Below, piece by piece: positions 9,610 through 19,175 of a stretch of DNA of 64,000 bases. The notes beneath the pieces were generated by a model. That model saw nothing but the letters and a program-made list of their open reading frames with translations. It did not search any database and had not been told where the DNA came from. The stretch comes from Candidatus Thorarchaeota archaeon (GTDB lineage: Archaea > Asgardarchaeota > Thorarchaeia > Thorarchaeales > Thorarchaeaceae). Made by a program: the position numbers and the translations under genes. The stretch's first letter is position 1. Each line of letters begins with the position of its first letter. The stretch is from positions 134,527 to 198,526 of the forward strand of contig JBHLRP010000002.1 of NCBI GenBank assembly GCA_048882485.1, read 5' to 3'.

Positions 9610-10482
9610 CTACCATTCAAAAAGTGGTGGGAAGATCCTTGTAGGGTCGTGAGGTGGGATAAAGCCTGGTATCCACTGATTCAGTAGCGGTAGATATGGA
9701 GCTATAGCTATTGTGACTAGCACCAGCACAGCGAAGGTCAACGTGTGAACTGCTGTGACATAAGTATAGTATGGACGAATATAGCTATAGAAGGCAAAAG
9801 CTGGTATCGACAGTGCTGCCATTGCCATAATCTCGATAGGACTAAAGAAGAAGGGCAAGCATGCAGGGAATAGGAAGTAGAACACCCATGTTATCTTCTC
9901 ACTAGATGTTTCATGGTGCCCAATCTTGTGGATACCATCAATCCCCTGTGATAGGAAGAATACTGGAATGAACATCCACCATTGAAGTCCAACAAAAAAC
10001 ATTGCCCCGGCATAGAAGAATAGATCACCAAAGCTCTCAAACCTTTCCCAGAGCGGGTTTCGTGAGAAGTACTCGGTCGCCTCGGTAATATAGTAGCCTA
10101 TCATCTGAAATCCAACCAGAATTGGAAGGAAAATGAATGATACAAGAATCATGAGAACCGCAGCTCTGGGTAGGACTGGAATCTTTCCCTCGTGGTAGTT
10201 GTCGAGCGGATAAATCCCATGAAGAGTAAATGCTGTCAAGAAGGCTAGAATTCCGGAAGGGATGCCTGGTACAATTAGCTCTAGAGGTTGGCAAAGATAG
10301 ACCAAAGGACCTATAGCTGATTCCACAGCAGGAAGAAGATAGATGTTCATAGTGAGTGATTCTGGAAGCAAATACCAGACCCCAAAGACGACCAAGAGCT
10401 CAGGGATTAGCATCTTGAAACGATAGTCCTGGATGAATTTCATGAACGCGCCTGGCTCTCTCTGCTCTTCACTCATAGGCAA
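9610..10482 (-). CDS. Polytopic membrane protein of unknown function
   Basis: 290-aa ORF with ~7-8 hydrophobic segments; GGTGAG upstream. Confidence 0.7.
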   Translation of the reverse strand: MPMSEEQREPGAFMKFIQDYRFKMLIPELLVVFGVWYLLPESLTMNIYLLPAVESAIGPLVYLCQPLELIVPGIPSGILAFLTAFTLHGIYPLDNYHEGKIPVLPRAAVLMILVSFIFLPILVGFQMIGYYITEATEYFSRNPLWERFESFGDLFFYAGAMFFVGLQWWMFIPVFFLSQGIDGIHKIGHHETSSEKITWVFYFLFPACLPFFFSPIEIMAMAALSIPAFAFYSYIRPYYTYVTAVHTLTFAVLVLVTIAIAPYLPLLNQWIPGFIPPHDPTRIFPPLFEW

Positions 10483-10578
10483 TTCTCACCGCGTTGAAAC
10501 GGTGACCACATCATCCATCACTTAAGCCTATCTCATTGGGACAGTTATGTTGCTATCTCCAACGGCCGTATATTGCTT

Positions 10579-12297
10579 TCACGCACTCTTTTTCCCTTTT
10601 GCCTTTCTTCTAACCACTCTATTGCAGGATTGAATTGCTGGGCAGCCAAGACATGCTTCTGGCACATCAGTGACTGAATGGTCACCATAGAGTAGCACTT
10701 GCTCAGCTATTGCTGTGCCTGGAGTTATCTCAATTGGAGGAGCTTCTTTGCCAGCCATCCTAACATTGCATTTGTGTTCTCCCAAGTCTTCATCCAGCTG
10801 GTCCATATCGCCTGTGACGATCATAGCTGTTGGACCAACCCTTCTGACAACGTATTTCTTGAAATCATCTAGAAGTAGCAGATCCTCCATCTCTCTCTCA
10901 GTTTCAGTTTCAAAGAGCATGATATCAGAAAGTGTGGCAAATGTTGTCTGGGAGGTCCAGTCCTTAATTGATCTCTCTACATTCCTAGGAACCGGCTTAC
11001 TGCTTTCTTTCTTAAGGAAGTCAAGCATCGTGCTTTCTCTCAGCCCAATCTCAATTGCTTCGAATACTGACTTGTCAGTTATTTTGTATGTGCTTACGAT
11101 ATCGGTCTTGACCGGTTCTGTGAACAACATGAGTTGGTATACCTTGTAGTAGTCCATTTCAGACGTGAAAGCAGTGACCTCGAAATTGGGAACGACAAAG
11201 AATGTTTCATCAGCCTTCTCGTCCCCTTCCATAGATTCTGCTAGCACTTTTTCTCCAACTGTAGTTAGCTTGACTGCAACCAGATTCTTCCCCCTGTAGG
11301 CTCCCTCAACAAGACCAAGACGCAGAGGGGTCTCCAAGGCTAGCCTTACACGATCATCGTCGACTTGGACCCATTTTAGTGGTTGAGCGTCAATGAAGAG
11401 TTCAGAACGAATCCACTCTTTCATCTTCTCTATTGGTATCCATTCATCTTTGTCACTTTCTCGAAGTCTGCAGATTGCAAGGTTCATAGTATACTCAGTC
11501 GGCTGATCTGGAGTCGCCCATATTGCACGAGTTCGCCCAAGGGAAGATAGAAGAAATCTTCGTGAAACTGTTTCCTGTTTTCCTGAGAACAACGATTCAA
11601 TCTTGCCAGGAACTACTCTATCTTCCTCCACAATGACATATACCCCTGCTTTTCGTGCCATCTTCTGAACTAGTTCAAATCGCTCTTCAGTTGGCTTGGA
11701 CATAGCCACTCTGATCTGGTCTGCTTCTCTCTTTGGAAACTCCCAAGAGGTTGTCATTCTTACTTCATGTTTTGCAAGATAGGATGCAAGTAGCAGCATG
11801 TCAAGGAGAAGAGTATCACGGTCATCGGTAATATCCCGGGCTTTCTTGGGGAGCTCTCTGCTAGGTTCAGGTTTCTTTGAGAACATTTCTAATAGAAAAG
11901 GCATAAGATAGTCCAGGATTTTAAACTCCGCAACTTCTCTTCCAAAATCTGTTAGCCTCGACAATAATCTACGAATGATGATTCCTTTCTTCCTAAGGTC
12001 TCTCTCAGTCTGGTTGAGTTGTCCGTAGCTGTAAATCTTTCTGAATGGCTTGAGTCTGTCATAACTCATAGCACCCTTGTTGAGTGCAAGCATTCCAAGA
12101 AGGTCCTTTTCTCTGTCTGAGAATGTCCCGAAGACACGGTCTCTGGTTTCCTTGTTCTTCATCTTTTCGGCAAGCAGTGACACAAGCTTCGTGCCAGAGT
12201 CACTCCCACTGACATCGATGTCCCAGTACTGACATGCGAACATCAAATCCTCTCTCAGTATATGTTCTAATTCCTTCTGAAGCGATTCCTTAGGCAT
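10579..12297 (-). CDS. XPB helicase-associated (Helicase_C_3) domain protein, p52/Tfb2-like C-terminal half
   Basis: FFVVPNFEV..., YKITDKSVFEAIEIG...LDFL...KPVPRNVERSIKDW; C-terminal CxxC-x5-C. Confidence 0.75.
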   Translation of the reverse strand: MPKESLQKELEHILREDLMFACQYWDIDVSGSDSGTKLVSLLAEKMKNKETRDRVFGTFSDREKDLLGMLALNKGAMSYDRLKPFRKIYSYGQLNQTERDLRKKGIIIRRLLSRLTDFGREVAEFKILDYLMPFLLEMFSKKPEPSRELPKKARDITDDRDTLLLDMLLLASYLAKHEVRMTTSWEFPKREADQIRVAMSKPTEERFELVQKMARKAGVYVIVEEDRVVPGKIESLFSGKQETVSRRFLLSSLGRTRAIWATPDQPTEYTMNLAICRLRESDKDEWIPIEKMKEWIRSELFIDAQPLKWVQVDDDRVRLALETPLRLGLVEGAYRGKNLVAVKLTTVGEKVLAESMEGDEKADETFFVVPNFEVTAFTSEMDYYKVYQLMLFTEPVKTDIVSTYKITDKSVFEAIEIGLRESTMLDFLKKESSKPVPRNVERSIKDWTSQTTFATLSDIMLFETETEREMEDLLLLDDFKKYVVRRVGPTAMIVTGDMDQLDEDLGEHKCNVRMAGKEAPPIEITPGTAIAEQVLLYGDHSVTDVPEACLGCPAIQSCNRVVRRKAKGKKSA

Positions 12298-12456
12298 AGT
12301 ATTCTTCCCTGACTTGGTGGATATTTGTCAAAGCCATGTTGCGGCATCCAAGTGCCCTGAGTTTTTATCCATAAGACCATTGTGGTCTTGACTACCTTTG
12401 CAGCGCCGCTTAGCGGAGGGGCAACCTTATTTTGATATCATCTGACGGGACAGTGG

Positions 12457-13578
12457 GTGCATCGATTGGAGCCTCCTCTATGGAGCGTGAAGTACAGTCC
12501 AAAAGCATGGGATGACTTTGTTGGACAAGATAACGCTATTGCCAAGCTTCGAAATCTAGCTGAAGCAGGTTCATGTCCTAATATGATACTATACGGACCG
12601 TATGGAACTGGGAAGACAAGCGCCGCACAGGTCTTTGCCAGAGCGCTTCTTGGTGACTCCATCTCTGCAAATTACAAGATGCTGAATATCCGCGATGTTT
12701 CCGACTTTTCAGTTGCTAAAGCAAAGCGCGACATCAAAGACCTAGCCAAACTGGACCGCAGTAGGCGTACTGAACTGGACGAGTACATGTCCATAGTATT
12801 CAAAGAGGTCAAGGCTGACCTGAAGATAAAGGGCAGGACAAGAGATCCGAACAAGTCCCAGCTGCTACAGGGAGCTATCAGATTGTTTGCATCTACGGTC
12901 ACAGTTTCTGATGAACTGATCAAAGTCCTAATTCTTGATGAGGCAGACGCATTAACCAGCAGCATGCAACAAGCACTACGAAGGACTATGGAGATTTACA
13001 ACGAGGCATGTCGGTTCATCTTCACCACACCTACGCTAGCTGGTTGGAGCCCCGCTGTGATTTCCCGTTCGCTGGTCATCAATTTCCCGAGCCCACCTAA
13101 TAGTGTGATAGCATCATTAGTAAATAGAATCGCTGAGTCCGAAGGAGTTGAGATTGATTCAGCTGGTCTAAATGCCATAGCCCATGAGTCCAATGGTGAT
13201 ATGAGACGAGCCATCAACTTGCTCCAGATTTCGTCTGCAGAAGGCAAACCAGTTACCGAAGATGCAGTCTACGCTTGCTCTGAAACCACCCTTTCGAAAG
13301 GAGTACGCAATATGATTTCTGCAGCAATTGATGGTTCATTCGTCATTGCTAGAGAATCTCTCAGGGGACTCCTAGCTTTTGAGGGATACTCGCCAAGTGA
13401 GGTAATGCTCCAGGTCGAGAGGGAATTATTGAATCGTCCGTTTGAGCCTGATGTTCTCAGGACTCTACTGGATAGAGTGGCTGAGATAGACTACCGCCTG
13501 GTTCAGGCACGAAATCCATTCATACAAATCACCGCGCTTCTAGCCTCTATTGGAAAAATTGCATCTACCCCACTTTAG
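12457..13578 (+). CDS. rfcS: Replication factor C small subunit homologue
   Basis: WSVKYSP, FVGQ, GPYGTGKT (Walker A), ILDEAD (Walker B), QQALRRTME, SRS arginine finger, GDMRRAIN.LQ. Confidence 0.9.
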   Translation: MHRLEPPLWSVKYSPKAWDDFVGQDNAIAKLRNLAEAGSCPNMILYGPYGTGKTSAAQVFARALLGDSISANYKMLNIRDVSDFSVAKAKRDIKDLAKLDRSRRTELDEYMSIVFKEVKADLKIKGRTRDPNKSQLLQGAIRLFASTVTVSDELIKVLILDEADALTSSMQQALRRTMEIYNEACRFIFTTPTLAGWSPAVISRSLVINFPSPPNSVIASLVNRIAESEGVEIDSAGLNAIAHESNGDMRRAINLLQISSAEGKPVTEDAVYACSETTLSKGVRNMISAAIDGSFVIARESLRGLLAFEGYSPSEVMLQVERELLNRPFEPDVLRTLLDRVAEIDYRLVQARNPFIQITALLASIGKIASTPL

Positions 13579-13862
13579 ACCATTGGCTCAACAGAGTCTT
13601 TGAATCTGATTTTTCTACTGAATATGGGTGCCTGATTGGGCGAGAGCTTCTGAAGATCATACATAAACTCCGCAACAATCTGATTTCCATCTCTGGATAT
13701 CATCTCACTATTCAACGCAGCTGAGAGAAGACGTCTGATGTTGCTCGGCTTTCCATATCTACACTTGAACGAGAGGAACCTTATAGCTTCATCTATGGAT
13801 GTCTGATTGCCTCTGGATCTAAACAGATGCGTCAGAATAAGCAGGACCTCTCTTCCATTCAT
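13575..13862 (-). CDS. DUF2240-like small archaeal protein
   Basis: 95 aa; LFRSRG...FLSFKCRY..P...RRLL..A pattern resembles DUF2240. Confidence 0.55.
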   Translation of the reverse strand: MNGREVLLILTHLFRSRGNQTSIDEAIRFLSFKCRYGKPSNIRRLLSAALNSEMISRDGNQIVAEFMYDLQKLSPNQAPIFSRKIRFKDSVEPMV

Positions 13863-13922
13863 AGGCGATGCGGCTACTTAGACACTCTTTAAGTGCTTCG
13901 TGTCCCTGATATAATCACGCTG

Positions 13923-14885
13923 ATGACGGACAATATACTCAAAGCCTATGGGTATCTCAGGGAAAATCTAGAACTCTATTTCCGTGATGCTTTGGAAATC
14001 CCTGACCTCTCTATAGAACGCACTCTAGGTGGCATGTCCAATATCAATATGTTTGCTTATGGGGGACAAGAAGAACTAGTTCTGCGTATCCCCTCGCTAT
14101 TCATTGAGTATCCATCAAATCATTACGCGCAAGAGTTTCTTGTATTATATGAAGCAGCCCAAAGGGGATTGAGTCCTCGTCCCATGACATATGGGACTCT
14201 CTCTAATAAGAATCAGACTCCTTTCCTGGTCTATTTTTACGAACCAGGGATAGTTCATTCAAGTCTTAGTTCCATAGGTATTGACGAGTTTCGTAGATTG
14301 GAACAAAGTCTAGATCTACTTCAGAATCTTGAAGTTGCTGGAGTGCCAGCCTATTCATCCGTTGTAGAATACCTACATTATCTTCACTCGCGAGTTGACT
14401 CAGTCCTGCTTGATTCAGAGATTCAATCAGAAAGAATGAGACGTGCTAGGTTTTCGGTGGATACGCTATATGCGTCACTAGAACCCATCTTTAATGAAGT
14501 GCGTTGGTCTACGAGTGCCATGCACAGTGACCTTCGCCCAAGTAATATCATCTTTCAAGAAAATCGTGTTTTGTTTCTGGATTGGAGTGAGTTCTGCACA
14601 GGATTTGCAAACTATGACATAGCCTATCTCCTCTCAGAGCCAGTAGAGCCATTCGAATCTGATATTTTGGTGAGCTTTGGATCAAGAGATGTAACGGTAA
14701 CTGAAATGCTCCATTTACAGGGTCTTGCACTGTTTTCTTGCATCTCTTGGACTTTTGAACGGTTGATTCGATGTGAACTCGGACAGGTGCCTTCCACTCT
14801 CGCGAATGATGATATGGTGGAAGAGATGGAATCTTACATCAGGATACAGATTGACCAGCTTATTCAGGTCCTGAACCAACTTTAG
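13923..14885 (+). CDS. Aminoglycoside phosphotransferase/choline kinase-family protein
   Basis: GGMSNIN, VLRIP, HSDLRPSNII (Brenner motif), FLDWSE, YDIA. Confidence 0.85.
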   Translation: MTDNILKAYGYLRENLELYFRDALEIPDLSIERTLGGMSNINMFAYGGQEELVLRIPSLFIEYPSNHYAQEFLVLYEAAQRGLSPRPMTYGTLSNKNQTPFLVYFYEPGIVHSSLSSIGIDEFRRLEQSLDLLQNLEVAGVPAYSSVVEYLHYLHSRVDSVLLDSEIQSERMRRARFSVDTLYASLEPIFNEVRWSTSAMHSDLRPSNIIFQENRVLFLDWSEFCTGFANYDIAYLLSEPVEPFESDILVSFGSRDVTVTEMLHLQGLALFSCISWTFERLIRCELGQVPSTLANDDMVEEMESYIRIQIDQLIQVLNQL

Positions 14886-16585
14886 AAGAAGCTCTCTGGT
14901 GCCTTCTCCCATATATCCTCATCAACTGACGCAATCACATATTGATAGCCCTGTTCTGTCAGGAAAAGCTGACGTTTGGCAGCGAAGTCCATATCACGTG
15001 TGTCTTTCGTGATTAGTGAGTAGAACCTGGCGAAGCTCCCATCCGTCTTTGGTCTTAGAATTCTACCAAGTCTCTGCGCTTCTTCCTGTCTGGACCCAAA
15101 AGTGCCTGACACTTGGATGGCTACATTAGCGTCTGGAAGGTCAAGTGCGAAATTTGCGACTTTCGAAACCACGAGAATCTTTTGCTCGCCTTCTCTAAAT
15201 GCTTCGTATAATCTCTGCCGTTCTGAATTGGGTGTCTTTCCTGTAATCAGAGGCGCCTCTATTTCCTCAGCAATAATCTTGAGCTGGTCGAGATACATCC
15301 CAATAACCAGAACGTTATCATCCTCGTGATAATCTGCAAGTGTCTTGACGAGTTTGTTCTTCTCTGGATTCTCTGCGGCAATTCTATATTTCTTTCTGTC
15401 TTCAGCGAGGGCATACTTCCTTCTCATTGGGTCCGGCAACTCAAGGCGTATCTCATAGCATATAGCCGTAGCGATCCATCCCTGGTCCTCAAGGAGCTTC
15501 CAAGGCATGTCATATCGCTTCGGACCAATCAGACTGAATACATCTTCTTCTCGCCCGTCCTCCCTGACAAGAGTTGCGGTTAGTCCAAGCCGTCGAGTTG
15601 CCTGTATTGTTGCAGTCGCTCTGAAAACTGGAGCTGGAAGAAGATGGACCTCGTCGTAGATAATTAATCCCCAGTTCCTTGCCTCGAAGATGCCAAAGTG
15701 CTCAAAGGAGTCCTCTCGAGATTTTCGCCACGTGAGTATCTGATAGGTAGCAACAGTAATCGGTCGTACCTCTTTCATGTCGCCAGTGTACTCACCAATG
15801 TCCTCAGGCTTTAGGTCAGTCTTGTCAAGTAGCTCTTGAATCCACTGTCGGACTGCAATCACGTTGGGGCAGAGTATGAGGGTTGACGTCTGTAGCTTCT
15901 CTATGGCGCCCATGCCTACCATGGTCTTGCCTGCTCCACATGGCAGTACAACAACTCCCGAGCCTCCCTTGACACCTCCGCCAGCATAGAAGGTATCCAC
16001 AGCGTCACTCTGATATCTCCTCAATCCCCATTGCTTCCCTTCAAGGGTTATGTCCCGTATTTTTAGGGCAAGCGAATCTCCCTCTACGTAGCCTGCTAGG
16101 TCCTCTACTGGGTGACCCAACTCAAGCAATGCATGCTTCAGGAAACCCCTTTGACCTTCAACAACCAGAAATGACTTCTCATCAATTCGTTCTTCTAGAT
16201 ATTCCTCTAGTTTCGTCTGAGCGCCAAGCTCTTCCGCGAGGTCTTCTTCTTCGCATTCTAAGATGAGATCTGGACCCTCCATGTACAATGTGATCTGACC
16301 ATATCTGGACATGTACTCAATGATTTCGCGTTTGATGTTGTCAGGAATGGGATACTTGGCATATTTCTCCAAGGCATCAATAACTTCTCTAGAAGTCATG
16401 CCCATTGCAGCAGAATTCCAGAGACTCAAGGGAGTAACTCGGTACGTATGTACATATTCTGGACTCTTCACGAGCTCAGCAAATCTAGCCAGCGAATCCC
16501 GGGCTTCTTCATACTTGGGATTGTCCACTTCAAGAAGGACTGACTTGTCTGACTGCACTATCAGCGGATTCATTGGATTGGGCAT
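14882..16585 (-). CDS. xpb: XPB/Rad25 SF2 DNA helicase/translocase with N-terminal Helicase_C_3 domain
   Basis: LRRYQ, GVVVLPCGAGKT, DEVH, GLTATLVRED, QRLGRILR; N-terminal PLIVQSD...SPEYVHTYRVTPLSLWN. Confidence 0.93.
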   Translation of the reverse strand: MPNPMNPLIVQSDKSVLLEVDNPKYEEARDSLARFAELVKSPEYVHTYRVTPLSLWNSAAMGMTSREVIDALEKYAKYPIPDNIKREIIEYMSRYGQITLYMEGPDLILECEEEDLAEELGAQTKLEEYLEERIDEKSFLVVEGQRGFLKHALLELGHPVEDLAGYVEGDSLALKIRDITLEGKQWGLRRYQSDAVDTFYAGGGVKGGSGVVVLPCGAGKTMVGMGAIEKLQTSTLILCPNVIAVRQWIQELLDKTDLKPEDIGEYTGDMKEVRPITVATYQILTWRKSREDSFEHFGIFEARNWGLIIYDEVHLLPAPVFRATATIQATRRLGLTATLVREDGREEDVFSLIGPKRYDMPWKLLEDQGWIATAICYEIRLELPDPMRRKYALAEDRKKYRIAAENPEKNKLVKTLADYHEDDNVLVIGMYLDQLKIIAEEIEAPLITGKTPNSERQRLYEAFREGEQKILVVSKVANFALDLPDANVAIQVSGTFGSRQEEAQRLGRILRPKTDGSFARFYSLITKDTRDMDFAAKRQLFLTEQGYQYVIASVDEDIWEKAPESFF

Positions 16586-16793
16586 TCGTATTCCTCATAC
16601 TGGATTAAATGGGTTACATTCCTTAACCTGGAATCATGGATTCGTGATTTGGAAACCGGAGGACGGCGAGATGACTTTAAGATAAATCCTTCCGTCTGGC
16701 ATCAAAATAAGTTCGCGTCACGCTGACCACAAATCCTTTATAGCTAATCTGAAGGGCTGAATCTGCATGACTCGAAAGGAGGTGCAGTTCCAT

Positions 16794-16856
16794 ATGATGG
16801 CTATAGCATTGGTTAATGCAGTGGACACTTGCACCCGCGATGAGGGTGTCACATAG
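16794..16856 (+). CDS. Candidate 20-aa upstream ORF MMAIALVNAVDTCTRDEGVT
   Basis: Strong SD AAGGAGGTG (16776-16784) 9 nt before the ATG; TTTATA at 16737-16742 upstream. Confidence 0.3.
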   Translation: MMAIALVNAVDTCTRDEGVT

Positions 16857-17074
16857 AACGACATCCGCTGTTTCTCTGTGCTAGCATTCATTTCACGCAT
16901 CGTGTATGTACTGCTCATTGATGCGCATTGCGTGGGGCTGGCTGTCTGCTGATATTGGTTTGATGTGCTTAGAATGAAAGATGCGTACCAGCTCAGTCAA
17001 TGAGAGTGAAATCAGAAGTTGAAAAATAAAACGAAACAACGAATCCTGGGCTCAGATTGCAGTAGGTGTGAATC

Positions 17075-17911
17075 GTGAGCCGAGTCGAAAAGCATAATCC
17101 TCTGAAGAGTGGCGTAATCGCTCAGAAGCGTGCTGCACTGAAGGGAGAAACCTCTGGTAGGATGACAGAGATCAAAGAGCTGACCTTTGACACGGTTCGT
17201 GAAGATGCGATACAATTTGGTCTTGCGACTGATGTCATCTACCAGATCAACGCTGGAAAGGAAGCCTCAATCTTCCTTGCTCAATGGAGAGGACACCATA
17301 TAATCCTGAAAGCCTACCGGCTATGGCAATCCTCTCACAAGATGTCAAAGAAGAAGGGATACATTGCTCAGGGCACAGGCAAGAGGACATACTTCATCCT
17401 TGGAATGATGGAGGATTTAGCTGTCATGGAGTACGACTACCTCATGAACTGCTTCAGAGCAGGGGTTCACGTTCCCACTCCCATTGGTCGAGTTGGAAAC
17501 TACCTCACAATGAGATTCATCGGCGATGGGACTCAGCCTGCTCCCCAACTCAAAGACGTCCATCTTGAGAATCCTGAAACCGTTCTTAATCAGATACTGG
17601 ACGACTATCTCCTAATGTATAGTAAAGCCCACTATGTCCACGGAGACCTCAGCAAGTACAATATACTCTGGTGGCAAGACCGCCCTTGGATTATCGATGT
17701 TCCGCAAGCGGTCATCGTCAACAAGTGGTCTGATATGCTGATGGTTGAGAAGTTGCTCATGAGGGATATCAAGAATGTTCTAAGTCATTTCGAGAGCTAC
17801 GACATTCATCGAGATCCAGATCATATCCTCGAGGTCTTCCTATCGGAGTATGTTCCTGAGAATCTGAAGAACTACAGAGAACTCGAGTCTGAAGGTATTG
17901 AGTTGCTGTAG
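17075..17911 (+). CDS. RIO1-family Ser/Thr kinase (copy 1)
   Basis: AGKEASIF, LKAY, GVHVPTP, HGDLSKYNIL, IIDVPQA, RDIKNV..HF. Confidence 0.9.
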   Translation: MSRVEKHNPLKSGVIAQKRAALKGETSGRMTEIKELTFDTVREDAIQFGLATDVIYQINAGKEASIFLAQWRGHHIILKAYRLWQSSHKMSKKKGYIAQGTGKRTYFILGMMEDLAVMEYDYLMNCFRAGVHVPTPIGRVGNYLTMRFIGDGTQPAPQLKDVHLENPETVLNQILDDYLLMYSKAHYVHGDLSKYNILWWQDRPWIIDVPQAVIVNKWSDMLMVEKLLMRDIKNVLSHFESYDIHRDPDHILEVFLSEYVPENLKNYRELESEGIELL

Positions 17912-17928
17912 AGAGAGGAGGTGGCTGC

Positions 17929-18741
17929 TTGAGTCCTGGAGTGGTTGAGAAGTTCAATCCCAAGAAAACCAGCGCACTGACATCGCAGCGCAGCTTGGAG
18001 CGTGGTCATCGAAGAGGCAGGCATGTGCCTATTCATGAGATAACTCTAGAGGCGGTTCGAAAGAACGCCATCCAGTTTGGACTCGCCACTGATCTCCTCT
18101 ACCAGGTCAGTGCAGGAAAGGAGGCTTCAATTTTCCTTGCCCTGTGGAACGGGCACCCCCTTATTTTGAAGGCCTACAGGTATTGGACGTCAGCTCAAGC
18201 GCGGAAGAAGAAGGGGTACTTTGCACCAACACAGATGGAGGCATTGGCTGCAAAAGAGTTCGACATTCTAAGCCTTTGCTATAAAGCAGGGGTTCATGTC
18301 CCAACACCAGTTGGCAGGGTTGGTAACTATGTCACGATGCGATTCATTGGAGATGGCATAGATACAGCCCCACAACTTCGTGATGCTACACTTGAAGACC
18401 CCGAAGAAGCATTGGACCAGATTCTCGATGACTACTTCTTGATGTATACAAAAGTGCATTATATTCATGGAGACCTCAGCAAATACAACATTCTTTGGTG
18501 GCAGGGACGAGCCTGGATTATTGATGTTCCTCAGGCATATCGTGTCGATGCTTGGGCTAATATGGAACAGGTAGAAACGCTGCTTTCGAGAGACATTCGC
18601 AACGTTCTATCGTATTTCAAGAGATACGGCATACGAAGAGATGCCGATTATATTGCGGAGCAATTCATCTCAGAGTACACACCCCATAACCTACGGAATT
18701 TTCAAGAATCCGTCGGCACGCCTTTATGGCGTAGAAGGTGA
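17929..18741 (+). CDS. RIO1-family Ser/Thr kinase (copy 2)
   Basis: Same motifs as copy 1; TTG start after GAGGAGGTG. Confidence 0.9.
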   Translation: MSPGVVEKFNPKKTSALTSQRSLERGHRRGRHVPIHEITLEAVRKNAIQFGLATDLLYQVSAGKEASIFLALWNGHPLILKAYRYWTSAQARKKKGYFAPTQMEALAAKEFDILSLCYKAGVHVPTPVGRVGNYVTMRFIGDGIDTAPQLRDATLEDPEEALDQILDDYFLMYTKVHYIHGDLSKYNILWWQGRAWIIDVPQAYRVDAWANMEQVETLLSRDIRNVLSYFKRYGIRRDADYIAEQFISEYTPHNLRNFQESVGTPLWRRR

Positions 18742-18844
18742 ACCATTCCAGGCAATGAAAGTACAAGTTCTATACTCTCAGACTGTGCCCTATTGTCATT
18801 GTTTCACATCCCAAGGTTATTAGGAAACACCAATACATTACGAT

Positions 18845-19069
18845 ATGACAGACAGTGCTGACAAGTGGGTGGTCGTCAACGGACGAGTCTTCAGACTCGA
18901 GCGTGTTGTTGATGAGGTCAGCACCGCGCTCCTTCTTCAGAGGACTCTTTCCGTACAATGTGACGTCCATCTGAAGCGTACCGATGATGGAAGGTGGGCT
19001 ATTTATTGGAGATCCAAGAAGGATAGCATCGAGTGTACACCAAGAGTTATGGTAAGTCCTGTGGAATGA
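18845..19069 (+). CDS. Small hypothetical protein (74 aa)
   Basis: Protein-like composition; fills an intergenic gap. Confidence 0.5.
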   Translation: MTDSADKWVVVNGRVFRLERVVDEVSTALLLQRTLSVQCDVHLKRTDDGRWAIYWRSKKDSIECTPRVMVSPVE

Positions 19070-19175
19070 AAAACAAAAAGAAAGTATGTTCGGAGTGGAG
19101 TCCACTCCGCGTTCATTTGGGTAGATAGCTTCTCTCCGGTCCAATGAAAGAGGGAAACAAATCTGGCGATCCTTA

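Noticed and set aside
12697-12846. Intein in RFC
   Set aside because: Too short, lacks the N-terminal Cys and the HN-C/S/T splice junction, and is not at the usual Walker A site.
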